DNA of 64,000 nucleotides, taken from the NCBI RefSeq assembly GCF_027921745.1, contig NC_079239.1:1550001-1614000 (forward strand), read 5' to 3'. How positions within the stretch are numbered: the stretch's first letter is position 1; each line of letters opens with the position of its first letter. Shown piece by piece: positions 1 to 12,893 of this stretch. This DNA comes from Schizosaccharomyces osmophilus. Lineage: Eukaryota. The position numbers were made by a program, and so were the translations under genes. A model generated the notes under the pieces. It worked only from the letters and a program-made list of their open reading frames with translations. It did no database searches and was not told the origin of the DNA.

Positions 1-432
1 TTATATCCTCGTGTCGATGACATCTGCGATGAATATTTGAACATTATACGTGAGTTCGGTCTTGATACAGATTATAGTACCCGTTCTGCCATTAAAGGCC
101 ATATGTTTAAGTTAATGAGGCCTTTATTAAGTATCCATACAGATATTCGAAGTATGCTGGCCACAGAATGTACTCCCCGTGATTTTGAGAGCTTTCCTCG
201 TGCTGTAGCTGCTCTCCGAAAGCGTCTAAATGAATGCAAAGAAAAGGATGAAATTCGTGAAGAAGACGAACCGAATGAAGAAAAAAAGGATGAACTTGGA
301 TATCCCAAGATTCCTTGGTGGCGTGCTCAACCATATGTTCGTCCTTCAACAGAACCGTCTGTGACTAAACGGAAACTGGAAGAAGCGCCTGTTTCTGAAG
401 CTCCGGTTAAAAAGTTGAATATAACTAGTTAG
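1..432 (+). CDS. dus1: tRNA dihydrouridine synthase Dus1, 3' end (truncated by window start)
   Basis: Frame 1 is open from base 1 (LYPRVDDICDEYLNIIREF...SAIKGHMFKLMRP...PWWRAQPYVRP) to TAG at 430-432. The motifs resemble the C-terminal half of Dus1, and the gene is syntenic with pib1. Confidence 0.75.
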   Translation, partial: LYPRVDDICDEYLNIIREFGLDTDYSTRSAIKGHMFKLMRPLLSIHTDIRSMLATECTPRDFESFPRAVAALRKRLNECKEKDEIREEDEPNEEKKDELGYPKIPWWRAQPYVRPSTEPSVTKRKLEEAPVSEAPVKKLNITS

Positions 433-883
433 AAAGTTGGGGTTAAAAGACTCTTTGAGAAAATGGAAACGAAGGAAAAATAGAGTTTGGTTTGGGTTAC
501 TTTTCTACTTGATTGAGAATTGGATATTAGGTTGCATAAAAATATATACATTACGGACTTACATTCTTGAATGTAGAACATAAGTAAGAAGGTATATTAG
601 GATGAATAAAACAGATGTAAAATATATTATGAACACACTAGCTTAACAAATGAAATTATGAAGAAGAATAAGAGGATGCGAAACTGAACGACTACATTGG
701 AGAATTCTGTGAGCGTCAGTGGATTATAAAGTGAGCGATTAATAAAAAGGTAATTGAATTAGGAATAATTATAAACAATCCAAACGACAAATAATAATTA
801 GCGATCATAAACATAAAGTACATAGTAAGCAAAGGAATGAAGTAAAAAAAAAAAATAGAACACCATCATAACATAAATGATAT

Positions 884-1726
884 CTAATGAAAGGTAGCGG
901 CATGAACAGGGCATCCGGCAGCACCTGTACTTAGCCAGTCGCGATAACATTTTAAGTGGAACATACATAAGCAATATTCAATTCGCGCAACTTTGTCTCC
1001 CGGGGAGAATTCTTCAAAACATACTATACATTCTTCACCAACACAAGGTGAATTCTCCGTTATTTGAACGCTGATATACCGTCGAGCGTGTTTCAGGAAC
1101 TCCTTTATATTTGGGGGAGAAGACCCGTTATGATTGAAACAAGAAGCAATATGCTCTTCTCTTTCCCCTTGTGACTTAAACTTTGAAAGAGATACATAGC
1201 AAACTGGACATTCTATCATGTCATCAAGATTATTCGCATCATTTGCTGAAGGATTGCTTTCAGCACGAGGCAGTGGGAAACGGGTATAAGCTAAAACGGG
1301 AGGAGTGGATTCACCATCCATACAGGTGGGTATCGGAAAAGGAATATCAAGAGTTCTCAGCTCAGATAATTGATGATGGCAGTCTTCACATACGCGGACA
1401 ACGCACCACGTAGGCTCAGTTTCATAATCATTCGTAACATCATCTTCAACGCCATGAGAATCCTCGTCAAAAAGAGCTAATGGATCTAACGAATCTGTCG
1501 GATCGGCAGATATACTTATTGATGGAAGTTCAGCGGTATAATTTGAACAATTGGCACAGTATATCTTTCCACACCATCTACAATGGTGCTTTCGTCGGAA
1601 CCAATTAAAAGAAGATTCACAATGAGGACAAGAGATAGCATCTTCATCTGCTTGCCATTCTGCGGCGGGAGTGTCTATCAGTAGCTGGCACAAGGCAGGC
1701 GGATACGGTGACTCATTCTCATTCAT
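884..1726 (-). CDS. pib1: FYVE + RING-H2 E3 ubiquitin ligase Pib1
   Basis: FYVE signature WxxD...CPHC...RRKHHCRWCG...CANC...RVCEDC; C-terminal RING CIVC...CLCMFH..C..W...CPVH. Confidence 0.9.
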   Translation of the reverse strand: MNENESPYPPALCQLLIDTPAAEWQADEDAISCPHCESSFNWFRRKHHCRWCGKIYCANCSNYTAELPSISISADPTDSLDPLALFDEDSHGVEDDVTNDYETEPTWCVVRVCEDCHHQLSELRTLDIPFPIPTCMDGESTPPVLAYTRFPLPRAESNPSANDANNLDDMIECPVCYVSLSKFKSQGEREEHIASCFNHNGSSPPNIKEFLKHARRYISVQITENSPCVGEECIVCFEEFSPGDKVARIEYCLCMFHLKCYRDWLSTGAAGCPVHAATFH

Positions 1727-2169
1727 TCTGAATAGACGGCCACATGTAAATATTTCTGGTGTCGGAAGAATTTATATCGTACTATTATATGTAGATAGCT
1801 AATCTTCCTGCTTCTCGTAAACGAAAAAGCTGCCCGTTAGCTTGATTTAGCCAACTATGAGTGAAGGATAAAGAAAGGGACTGTACAAGCAATCAATTGC
1901 TTAAGCAGTTATATAAGATTGCAAATAAAGATAAAAAATAATAGTTTGTAAATAAAAATAGCCGAATTGGTGTAATTAACCAATTTCTGTGCAGAGTTTA
2001 TACTTCAGTGGCAGGAAGAAGATAGAATTTGGTTCACGAGAAAGCCAACATAAAGTTGATTCTTAACGATAAATAGCAATTCTATCCAAAATGCTAACAA
2101 TAAACTGAAAGGGAAGACAAGAATAAATTCTTTTATAGATGGTAATAAACAAAGTGGATTAGTAGATTG

Positions 2170-2710
2170 TTAGAGGTTTTCGAGCAAGGCTTTCTGAGCG
2201 GAATTTTCAGAGGATTTGAGTTTCTAAAAATGGGAATGATTAGCGGATGTTCTCTTTCAATATAAACTTACTTCCATAGCACGCTTGAGCTTCTCTTGAG
2301 ATGCTTTACAATGGTTTCTTACCGAAACTTGAAAGCAATCTACGCGTTCTTGAAGATCAAGGACGGTGCAATTTTCTTGTGAAAGTTTCTCTTCTTCAGT
2401 ATCAATTTCTTGTATTTTGGTAGAAACCTGCTCGTACTCGGAAAGTAGCAGGGAAAGCGTTTTCGACGCGTCTTGATACAACTTCTGAATACTCTGAAGT
2501 TTGGATTGATTGTTCTGGTAGTGCTGAAGAATTGTTTCCCTAAATTATTAGCTTAGCATTACCAGAGGCTTCGTACTTGGCTTGGCCTTCTATAATGTAG
2601 GATTGAAGGACGCGATCGTGATGTTTATTGAAAGATAGAACAGCTTGTGAAACGAAAGTAGCGTGTCGATTGCTTAATTCCGTTTGTAAATAATTTACTA
2701 AATTAGACAT
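2170..2710 (-). CDS. mug20: Meiotic linear-element coiled-coil protein Mug20 (151 aa, 3 exons: 2710-2577, 2539-2272, 2223-2170)
   Basis: Two GT-AG introns (37 and 48 nt) with CTAAT branch sites join an uninterrupted frame MSNLVNYLQTELSNRHATF...ALLENL*. The product is heptad-rich and lies between pib1 and tlg1, as in S. pombe. Confidence 0.75.
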
Positions 2711-2776
2711 TGTATATACGAGGAATTGCTTTTTCTGTGATAGGGAAAGAGTAAGTTTGATCTCGCGGTGAATTCA

Positions 2777-3352
2777 TGTTTACCCTATTGTATTCCCGAC
2801 GCGTACTTTTTCTAGGAATCAGTGAGAATTTATATATATAAACAGAAGCAAAAGTTATCTCTTTTCTGAATCTAATTAGAAAGTCTGTTTTTTAAAGAAG
2901 ATTTTTTCAATCGGTTCTTTTTATTGAAGTCAACTTTATGCTACTTATGACTTTGATGAAACGTAAAGAACCTGCTTTTTATAGAGTTAATATCGTTTGT
3001 TCATGTAATATCTGGCTCGATTTCAAGGTAAACAAAAGTAGCTGTCAAGCCGATGGAGCAGTTTTTGTCGATTTCTGCCGAACCAAATTCAGAAATATAT
3101 CAAAAATAGGAAACGTGAAGAATTTCTTTAAGACAAATGTAGAAACAGACACAAAAACTGCTTTACGGACTGCTGACTTGTTTGTTTACACTTCGTAGTG
3201 TTACCTACACGTTTCAATGTTACTTAGTTACTTACTTCGTAATTACAAACTGAAACTGGCTTATTCCGACAAACACTAAGGACGAAGTCGTTGAAACTCT
3301 ATGGTATTATTCTTTTCATATTTTATATAAGCAGATATTAGCATTGTAAACA
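2777..3352. promoter_or_regulatory. Divergent mug20/tlg1 promoter with an MCB box and forkhead (FLEX) sites
   Basis: ACGCGT at 2799-2804. GTAAACA cores at 2777-2783(-), 3028-3034(+) and 3346-3352(+). Full GTAAACAAACA at 3179-3189(-). Confidence 0.6.
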
Positions 3353-3411
3353 TTCATAATAAGAGTACCTTTTGTTCATAAAAGGTTTGGCTTTGCTTGC
3401 GTTTGGGCAGA

Positions 3412-4197
3412 ATGGAAGACCCTTTTTACGAAGTGAAAGCGTAAGTTGGAGTTATCTCTCTTGCTATACGAATAATCAAATATCAGTGAAAGCTAATGAT
3501 GAACAGTGATGCTTCGGCTCAAATGGAAAATGTCCGCAAACTATTTGGATCATTCATGAAGAATCGAAACGCAGGGATTCCAGCACCAAACACAGAGCTT
3601 TCATTTGCAATTGAAGAGCTGAATGAAACATTAGCAGATTTGAAAGGAGCTATAGAGATTGCGATGAACAACTCTGAACGATATGGTTTGGACGAGCAAG
3701 AATTGACAGCAAGAAGGAAGTTTATTACAGACCTCGATGTTGAATTAAATAATATCAGCTTACAAATGAAGGCAGCTCCAAGTGTTGCTGTAAACACAGA
3801 GCCCTATAGCACGGACATGGCAAAGACAGCATTGACCGAAGACGACCGCCAGTCTCGAAGACAGATGCAGGAACAATTATATGACCAACAGGATGTTATG
3901 TTAGATGGAGTGTATGATACCGTTGGTAATATACGTGGCCTAGCTCAAGTGATGGGTCAAGAGTTGGGAGAGCAATCGAACATTATAGATACACTTGATC
4001 ATACAATAGAAAACACGAATCATAAACTGCGTCGAGGAATGAAAAGATTAAAGGATTTTACAGTTTCCAGTGCCGGTACGAAATCCCATTTTGGAAAGTT
4101 GTACTAACAGACTTCATTAGATTCAAGGTCGGGTTGTTGCATTACTGTCTTAATCTTCGTATTATTAGTTTTGCTTGTACTCATTATTCTTTTGTAA
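3412..4197 (+). CDS. tlg1: Qc-SNARE Tlg1 / syntaxin-6 family (exons 3412-3440, 3507-4075, 4121-4197)
   Basis: N-terminal MEDPFYEVK (syntaxin-6 N motif), SNARE coil QQDVMLD...GQELGEQ, and a C-terminal [22 protein letters not shown] recovered after splicing. Confidence 0.9.
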
Positions 4198-4336
4198 TTT
4201 GTTTTAAGTCCAATGACCTTTATGATAACTAAGTATACATGGATTTCACGCTACTTATATATTTCATTATCAGACGACATTTCGCCTAAAAGGAGTTTAT
4301 ACCCATGAGATTTATTAATCCTCATCACTTGTAACT

Positions 4337-5231
4337 CTAATTTTTGGATTTTTTGCTGGGTGGTTCCTGATCTGTATAGGTTAGTAAAAATACTACAACC
4401 GTCTTCTATGACAATGACTAGACTTACTCTCTCCTTCTGCGGCCTCGTCTTTTCCTTCATCATCATCTTCTTCTTCCAAATCTACAGAGCCTTCTTCATC
4501 GCTAGCCTCTTCAGTCATGGCTTCAGTGAAGTACTTGACAGCGTTGGGGAATAAGTCTTCAGCCAAAAAGATGGTAAGAGAGGCACCATCAAAGTCGTCT
4601 TCTTCTTCTTCGCCAGTCCAACGGAAATAGTCAAAGAAGTTGGGAGGGCTGTCTTGATTCTTGCGGAATAGGCTCTTTCCAGTCTTCCACTTGATGTCTG
4701 TAGGCTTCGAAACGAGAGAAGTGTTAGTTTTTTCCAAACCCTCTTCGTCTTTTGTAGTGCTTTCTTTCACACAGACTTCCTTAACCAAACTAAGGTTATC
4801 ATCCTCCAAATAATCGTTGGATTGGAAAGTCAAGGTGATGCGAACATTACGAGGGTCTTCCTTGTCATATCTTTCAACATAGATGTTTTCCAACTTCTCC
4901 AAAAGGATGCTATCTTCAGGAGTAATGTATTGGCCTAGGAAAAAGGTTAGCAAACGTTAGTGCAGAGACCGACTCCAGCAAACATACTAATTTCATCTCC
5001 TGCAGCTTCAAGAACGACCACCCAGAAGTTGCGAATGTTCTTTAAAATATCGCGGCGTTTCTCAAAAAGAGGCTTAAACAATTCATTCTGCTTTCTTACT
5101 GTTATAAAGGTTAGTGATACGGAATGACATTGATCTATTGTTATGACAAGCAACTTACAGATTTCAATTTCAGCCTTTCCGAAATCTTGTTCAAGATTAG
5201 CAAGGTTCTCAAAGGCTTCTGCGGCATCCAT
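4337..5231 (-). CDS. ccp1: NAP/Vps75-family histone chaperone Ccp1 (exons 5231-5159, 5098-4988, 4934-4428, 4371-4337)
   Basis: NAP-family motifs (PLFEKRRDIL..I.NFW, F..N.YL, I.WK.GK, FFDYF.W, LFPNAVKYF), an acidic tail, and a terminal NLS-like EPPSKKSKN* after three canonical introns. Confidence 0.85.
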
Positions 5232-6094
5232 GTTTTATTGATTAGTATAATTTGGCAAAAAGTTGAAATTTTTTAAACAGTATGCTGGCATTCTTTCGAA
5301 ATTTTGTGTATTACCCTTACTAGGAGGTGATATTCGAAATTCTTCACAAGAAAAGGATTTCGCGTTTAATGTTTCTTTTTTGGATTAAACTTTTTTTTCT
5401 TCCTTTCTTGGGGTCCATTGTTCCATTCCTTCTAAGTGCAATGGCGTGGTAACAGAGAAATTATTAAGCTGATATTATATCCTCATTCGGACTTGGATAC
5501 GTTATTTCGCCTAGATACAAGACTACTAGTTGCAATCGATGTTTTCCAATACCTGCTTCAAAAGTTGCCTAGTTAGGTGCATCAAGTGTTTGTTTAATTG
5601 CGGGCATGCTAATTCAAGTCACTCAAGTCTACTTCCCTTGCTATTTAAAGCTTAACTTTCAAAGTACAATAGTAGCTAAAATTGGCCTGTAAAGACTATT
5701 TTCACATAGCGGGTCAGGTATTTCAAACAGGTTGGTTTCATAAGCATTAACTTTTCCGAAAGTTTTTTCTGCACTATTATATCAAATTTAGATGGTAGCA
5801 TTTTGTGCCATCAATCAAGAGTCTTAATTCTTAGGATAATAATCAACCCATCAAAGGAACTTTATGGAGGATGAGTTACTGAAACTATATAGTATGATAC
5901 AGTTTTTAGCAAATAAATTTATGAGTTTTGCGAAGAAGTCCAATAATTTTGTGGAAGTATTATGATGCTCTTTTCTTAGTACTTGTATCTTTTGCACCTA
6001 CCGTACTACAAACTTTCAATTGAACACTGAAGCTGAATAGCATCTAAAAGACATTTGATTATTTCCAATTGACATTCTTTTTAAAGAATTGTTT

Positions 6095-9000
6095 ATGGAC
6101 GCTGCGAAACGTTTGGAATTATGTCGGGAAACACAACAGAATGAAATCGCGGCTTTGAAGGCAATTTTCATGGACGACTTTGAGGAGTTGAAATCCAAAA
6201 ATGCGTGGAACGTAAGTGATTTTTATTAATTGTTAAGCTAACCGTTATTATTAGGTATCTAATGGAAGGGTCTTCGCTATTCATTTATGTTCTCGTAGTC
6301 CGAGCGCTAAAAGCATTGCAAAAGTTGATCTCTATATCGAGTTGGGAAGAAGTTATCCCTATGTTAAACCAACAGTAAAGCTTCAAAATGGAGAAAATGT
6401 TTTGAAGTCTCAGATTCGCTTTCTGCTTAAAAAATTGGATCAGAAGGCGAAGGAACTATTGGGTGAAGAAATGATATTTGAATTCGCTAGTATGGTACAG
6501 GAATATTTGAATGATTGGCAATCAGATCTATCCTCACAGTTTGCCAGTTTGGAGGAAGAGCGTGCTGTACAACTTCAGCAAGATAGAGAGCGTGCTGAAA
6601 TGGATGAACAGTTAAAACTAGAAAAAGAGAAGGAAGCTCATTACGAGGAAGAAAAGATTTTACAGAATAAGATTCGCGATGAACTTCAACGCCGCTCTTA
6701 CGATTCTCCGCAGTCTCCCAAAGAAAAAAAAATAGATGACACTAACAAATTGACTTTTGATCGATTGCCTTCTTCAGTTTATTTTGACTGCTCCATTTCT
6801 GTGAAAAACTACCAAGATTCTCTCGTTGAATTTCATAAAGTGATTCCATTATACAGGATATCTAGCTCTCCTCTTTCCACTTTGGCGCTAGCGAAAGCTG
6901 ATATCGATGAAGCCCTATTTCCAGATTGCATCTTCATGCTTAGAATGGTACGGTTAACGAACCCTTACTATAGTACTGAAGCTGGCAAAAAATCAATTCA
7001 AGATTTGGAAAGCGAACTGGAAAATTTAAAAGTCATTCGACATGATTTACTGGCTTCCATCTATGAATATCAGTTGCAGCGCGAAATAGAAAGTCATGGC
7101 TGGCGTCTGTATATATTACAAGAATATTCTAACAAACTTACTCTGGCTGGCTTGTTACAAACCATTGTGACCTTAGACGTAGAGACTGTTCGAACTTTTT
7201 CCAATAACATTTTAGAAGGACTTGCCGAACTTCATCGACTAGGAATATCTCATCGCAACCTTCATTTAGATAATGTCATTTTATTTCAGTCTGGTCACAA
7301 AACTTTCGCTAAACTCATGGATTTTTGCTTTACAAGGACTTTACGAGATATGAATGCTTCGTCTCCTTTTCATACAGAATCTCAAAGTATCCCTGGAATC
7401 TTGCCAGAGGATTTGTATCCACCGGAAGTCAATGAAACCTTTTTCATGTCGGCTTCTCGGAAAACCGATATTTGGTGCTTTGGACTCTTGGTTTTACAAA
7501 TGCTTTGCGGTATGCATGTTTTGCAGAAATTTTCTTCAATAAAGCTTTTATTCAGTCATGTCATACCTTTACTGCCAGGACCATATCAGGAACTTATTCG
7601 ACGTTGCTTGATGCGTGATCCTAAAAAGAGGCCGACCGCTACGGACCTGCTTGCAAGTCAAGTAATCAGACTCGGGACGTCTATATTGACTACAGTTGAG
7701 CAAGGTTCATTGGGAAGAAACACCCGGATGTCCTATGGCGGACAGGACGGAATAATAGATATGTTATACAGAAAAAGCGTCTCGCGCTATGAATCTGATT
7801 TTGAGGAAATTGAATTCCTTGGCAAAGGTGGATTTGGGGAAGTGGTTAAAGTAAAGAATCGCATTGATGGACGATTTTATGCTATTAAAAAGCTCTTACT
7901 CCACCACAATGACAAAGAAAACAGCCGAATTTTACGAGAAGTAATGACACTTTCACGTCTTCATCACGACCACGTTGTTCGGTATTATACTGCCTGGGTG
8001 GAAACTGATACTAGTGAAAATTTGAAGGAATCTGATTCTGAAGAAGATTCATTTGTTCCATCATCAAGAATAACCAGCGATATACAACATTCAAGTAGGT
8101 ATACCACAGACGATTTGTCAGATCTTGATATACATTTTGAAGGGGAGACTTCTAGTCCAGAAAATCCTGAACTGTCGCCGGAAACATCTTATTCTGCCTC
8201 GAATACTTCTGAAGATATTAATGTGGGTAGAAGTGAAAGCGATGTACGAACAATATACACAAACAAAACTGGAGAGCCGAACCTAAATGCTACTTTGTAT
8301 GTTCAAATGGAATATTGTGAAAAGCTGTCCTTACAAGATATTATTAGGGAAAAACTTCAAGTTGATGAAATATGGCGCCTGTTTAGACAAATACTAGAAG
8401 CGTTGGCGTATATTCACAGCCGTGGAATGATGCATCGGGACCTCAAACCTGGAAACGTGTTTTTAGATGAAAATAGAAATGTTAAGTTGGGAGATTTTGG
8501 CTTAGCGACTGAGAACGAGCCTAGTCAGATTATCAATGACAAATCAAAGAACAGAAATACTGGCGATGGTGAACTTACTTCGGGTGTAGGGACGGCTCTC
8601 TACGTTGCACCAGAGCTTTTAAAGAAAACTAGCGGTTTGCACTATGATGCGAAGGTGGACATGTATAGCTTAGGTATAATACTGTTCGAGATGTGTATGT
8701 CATTTTCAACATCTATGGAGCGAATTCGTTTAATTGATGCTATTAGATCCCCCTTTATCTTACTGCCTAATAATTTCCCCTTCTCTTTGACGAGCCATGA
8801 ATACAAAGTAATTCATTCACTTTTACAGCATGACCCTGCCAAAAGACCTTCTAGCCAAGAATTGCTGGAAAGTGAGGCTATACCTCCTAAAGTTGGCGAA
8901 GAATATATCCAAGAAGGTTTAAAATTGCTATCAAATCGAAATAGTCCCTATTATTCAAAACTGTTAAAAGTTCTCTTTAGCCAAGTTCCAGATAGGCATA

Positions 9001-10859
9001 AAGATTATACTTATGATTTTAACTTGTCGGAAGACGACAATGCCATATCTAGGGTCTTAGAGAGAGGATGTGACAGTCTTCTTGCTGGATTGGTTCGAGA
9101 TCACATAGTTCAAGTGTTTCGAAGGCACGGTGCAAAGGAACGAGAGTCACAAGCGTTATTTCCAAAGTCTACACAGTATGGTGAAAATAAAGCTCTGGTT
9201 TCCTTATTAGACAAAGCTGGAACGCTTTTACAGCTTCCTTACGATACCACATTGCCTTATGCAAGGAATGTAGCCCGTAATGCTGTTGAAGAGGAAAAAA
9301 CATATTTAATTGCGGATGTCTTTAGAGAATCTTATGGCGGCGGTAAACCAAAAGCAATGAAGAAGATATCTTTTGATTTGACTACAAATTCAGACAATTT
9401 AGACTGGTATGATGCGGAAAGTATAAAAGTTTTGGATGAAGTGTTGCTTGAGATTCCATCATTAGTCAACAGTTGTATTTGGATAAACCATGCCGATATC
9501 TTTTCTGGGATCCTCGACTTTCTACAAATATCTAGAGAAAAAAGAAACCGTACGAGCCAAATTCTCGGCCAAAAGAACCAAGGGTTATCTTTTTCGCAAA
9601 TCCGAAACCAGCTTAGGAATGAATCTTTAGTACCTTCAACGACTTTGGATGACTTGAACCTATTTGACTTTTGTGTTAGTTTTGACGAAGGTTTAAACAG
9701 ACTAAGGAGAGTTTTTGGAAAATCGATGACGATTAAAATGCGCAGCGCGTTAAATAATTTAGAAAAAGTTTGGCGTTTTTTGAAAGGGCTGAAACTTTCG
9801 CATCCGGTTTATTTTGTTCCGCTTTGCGTTCACAGTCATGAATTTTATGAAGGGGGAATAATGTTTCAAGCAATACATACCCCCGAAAAAGCTGAGCTTT
9901 TATGTGTGGGAGGAAGGTATGATAAGCTCGTTAGATTATTTGATCCTCCGTTAATGAGAACTACCCGAAGAAAACATGTTGTTGGTATGAGTTTAGGGCT
10001 GGAGAGTATTGTTTCCTCGGTGTCGCGCTACATCCGTTTTCACTCCAGGAAGCAATCAAAAGTACAAACCCGATCACCTATAACGAAAACATTAGGCTCC
10101 TGGTTACCTCGTCGTGTGGATGTCCTTGTAACAAGTATCGGTAAGGATTCTATAATGGAAAAATGTGCCTTACTTCAGGAATTATGGTCTCTGAACATTC
10201 GAGCTGATATTATTCTACGAGGTGCTACAAGCTTGGAAGAAATAGTGACGCGTTATAAAAGTGAAGGAGTAAATTGGGTTTTAGTGGTAAGGCAAAAAAA
10301 CACGCAAATGGAACATTCGGTGAAAGCTCGAAATATCATGAAAAATGAGGATGATGAAATCAAAATAGACGAAGTTGGTGTTTGGCTATTAGGAGAAATT
10401 AATGAGCGAAAAAGGAATGAGAACTTATCCCAAACAAGGCAGGTGATTGATTCCGATATCCAAGACTATGGGAAATACAATGATTCTTCATCAGAAATCG
10501 ATTTGGATGTGCAGCTTGTTCCATTGAAAGCAGCTAGCGACAGAAAATACAAATGGAAGCACAAACAAAACGCAATGAACAAAGTTTATGATCTTGTACA
10601 GTCAGCAATACACGATAGTACTAAAGATGCCTTGGCATTAGCAGTAGATTGTGATGCCGCAGCCATGCAGGGACTGAAAAGCACTAGTTTCAAAGATGAC
10701 GATTCTTGGAAAAAGTTGGTTGACAGTTGTCCTGCTTCCCAAAGAGAGTATATGCAAAGACTTCAAACGAAACTGACAAGTTTGGCTGAGAAAGGTAGAA
10801 ATCGAGTTTGGATTTGCTCTTTTCGGACCAATGAAATATATCTTTACGGTTTAAATTAG
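6095..10859 (+). CDS. gcn2: eIF2-alpha kinase Gcn2 (exons 6095-6211, 6255-10859)
   Basis: RWD domain (QQNEIAALKAIFMDDF...YPYVKP), pseudokinase, kinase (SRYESDFEEIEFLGKGGFGEV, LYVQMEYC, HRDLKP, DFGLA, GTALYVAPE) and HisRS-like domain (GGRYD). Confidence 0.97.
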
Positions 10860-11129
10860 TTAATATAAATAGGATAATAGATTATAAGTTCTTGAACTGA
10901 ATTCATAATTTTGCTAGCTGTAAACAAGTAACAGTATATAGACTAGTAAACAATGATTTTACAGTTTTCATTTTTTATCATTTCAAAAAAGAGTTTTTTA
11001 ATTTCTCTTTAAAATTTTAATCAATATTCGTTAGCTGTGGCTTCGTTTGAGGTGTAAAAGCTCGTTTGTCTAAAACAATTGATGTAAAAGGACTTTAACG
11101 GACAGTTCCTGTTTCAGCTTTCACCTTCG

Positions 11130-12719
11130 ATGTTTTCTCTACCAGAAAGACAATTGTTTAACAGATTGGAAACCAAAATAGATGCCATTTGTCCAAAATT
11201 TTACGTTGATGCCGCGAATATTCAGGTTCTTCATGAACCGAATGAGTTTTATGAAACTCTTAAGAACTTAATAAAATCTGCAGAGAAACGGATATTCCTT
11301 TCTACGCTATACATAGGGAAAGAAGAGAATGAATTCGTAAATGTAATTCGACAGGCTATGGTTGCAAAACCAAAATTACAAGTATTTATTTTGGCAGATC
11401 AATTGCGGTCAACGAGGGAATTTCCCGCTAATTCGTCTGCTTCTCTACTTACTAAATTAACAGAAGAGTTTCCCGAACGATGTGAAATAAAGCTCTATCA
11501 CACTCCAAACTTACGTGGTCTCAAGAAAAGAATAGTTCCCAAAAGGTTTAATGAGGGTTGGGGTCTCCAACATATGAAAATTTATGGAGCAGATGATTCC
11601 TTAATAATTAGTGGGTAAGTAAATGGTTAGAGTGCTTCGTCTAATGATTTTTATATTAGTGCAAACTTGTCAAGAGACTACTTTACCAATCGTAAGGATC
11701 GTTACTATCTTTTCCATGACAGCAATTTGTCTGATTTTTTCTTTCACGTTCATAAAACATTTGCAGGATTGTCATTTGACTGCTTGCCTAGTAATCGTGA
11801 ACTTTTGTCAACAACAGCGGAGAGCCTTCCATGTCGGTTTCGACTGGAGTGGAACAATGATGTTCCTAATCCTTTAACCAACTTGACTGGCTTTATAAAG
11901 GAAGCTTCTAATAGACTTCAACATCTCTTAAGCAGAAGTCAAGATCACACTTCTGAAAGAGATTATACTAGACCCCTTACCTCAGCGTACGGGACCAGCG
12001 TCACGGAAAATGATCAAAATGTAAACAAACCAATAGAAAACAATTCGTGTGAACGAACTGCTATTGTGTATCCCCTTTTTCAGTGTATGCCTGTGCTGAC
12101 AGATCAAGTACAGTCCACCGAAGATAAAGTGTTGGATTTACTAGGAAACACCATCATGAACGAAAAGGTTGAATGGACATTGACAGCTGGTTATTTTAAT
12201 GTATACCCGGAGCTACGAAGACAATTGTTGAAAAGTAAGGGACCGGGAGAAGCAATTGTTGCTTCGCAACAGGCTAACGGGTTTTACAAATCAAAGGGAC
12301 CCTCGCATATGATTCCACCTGCCTATCAATACATTGCTGAGAAATTTTTACTTGATGCCATTCGAATGAAAAAAGATATAAATGTCTTACAATGGCAGAG
12401 GCCAGGGCATACATATCATGCTAAAGGTAATGAAGTGCCGAATTCCATTAACTAACTTTTAGGCTTTTGGTTTACCTATCCTGGGAGACCTTTTCCGTTT
12501 TTAACTACAATAGGATCGTCAAACTATACAAGTCGGTCTCGAATATTGGATTTGGAGGCAACTTTAGTGATCATGACACAAAATCAGCAACTTCAATCTT
12601 CATTTCAAAAAGAACACCAGTTAATTCGGCAACATGCCAAACCTATGGGATCTTGCAATCTGGAAAAGGTCCCACTGTATGTAAAGGCATTGGCATCCCT
12701 TTTACGAAAGAAACTCTAA
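11130..12719 (+). CDS. pgs1: Phosphatidylglycerophosphate synthase Pgs1 (exons 11130-11614, 11660-12426, 12463-12719)
   Basis: PLD-fold motifs RFNEGWGLQHMKIYG..D...ISGANLS.DYFTNR.DRY and TYHAKGFW...IGSSNY..RS..LDLE; two canonical introns. Confidence 0.93.
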
Positions 12720-12893
12720 CTTCTTATTAATGAAAAACTATATGGAAATAAGTAAGTACGATTTCCTTCTTCTTTAACGATTCCGATTTCCAGGATTTCG
12801 AATTTCTATGTACGAGAATATCATACTAGCCATTCCCACCGCCTACACATTGTGATCTTGAAATAGTGATTCTTCGTCTGTAGATAGTTATTC

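Noticed and set aside
5864..5965. 33-codon ORF upstream of gcn2 as a regulatory uORF
   Set aside because: Nothing shows it lies within the mRNA, and an ORF of this size is expected by chance.
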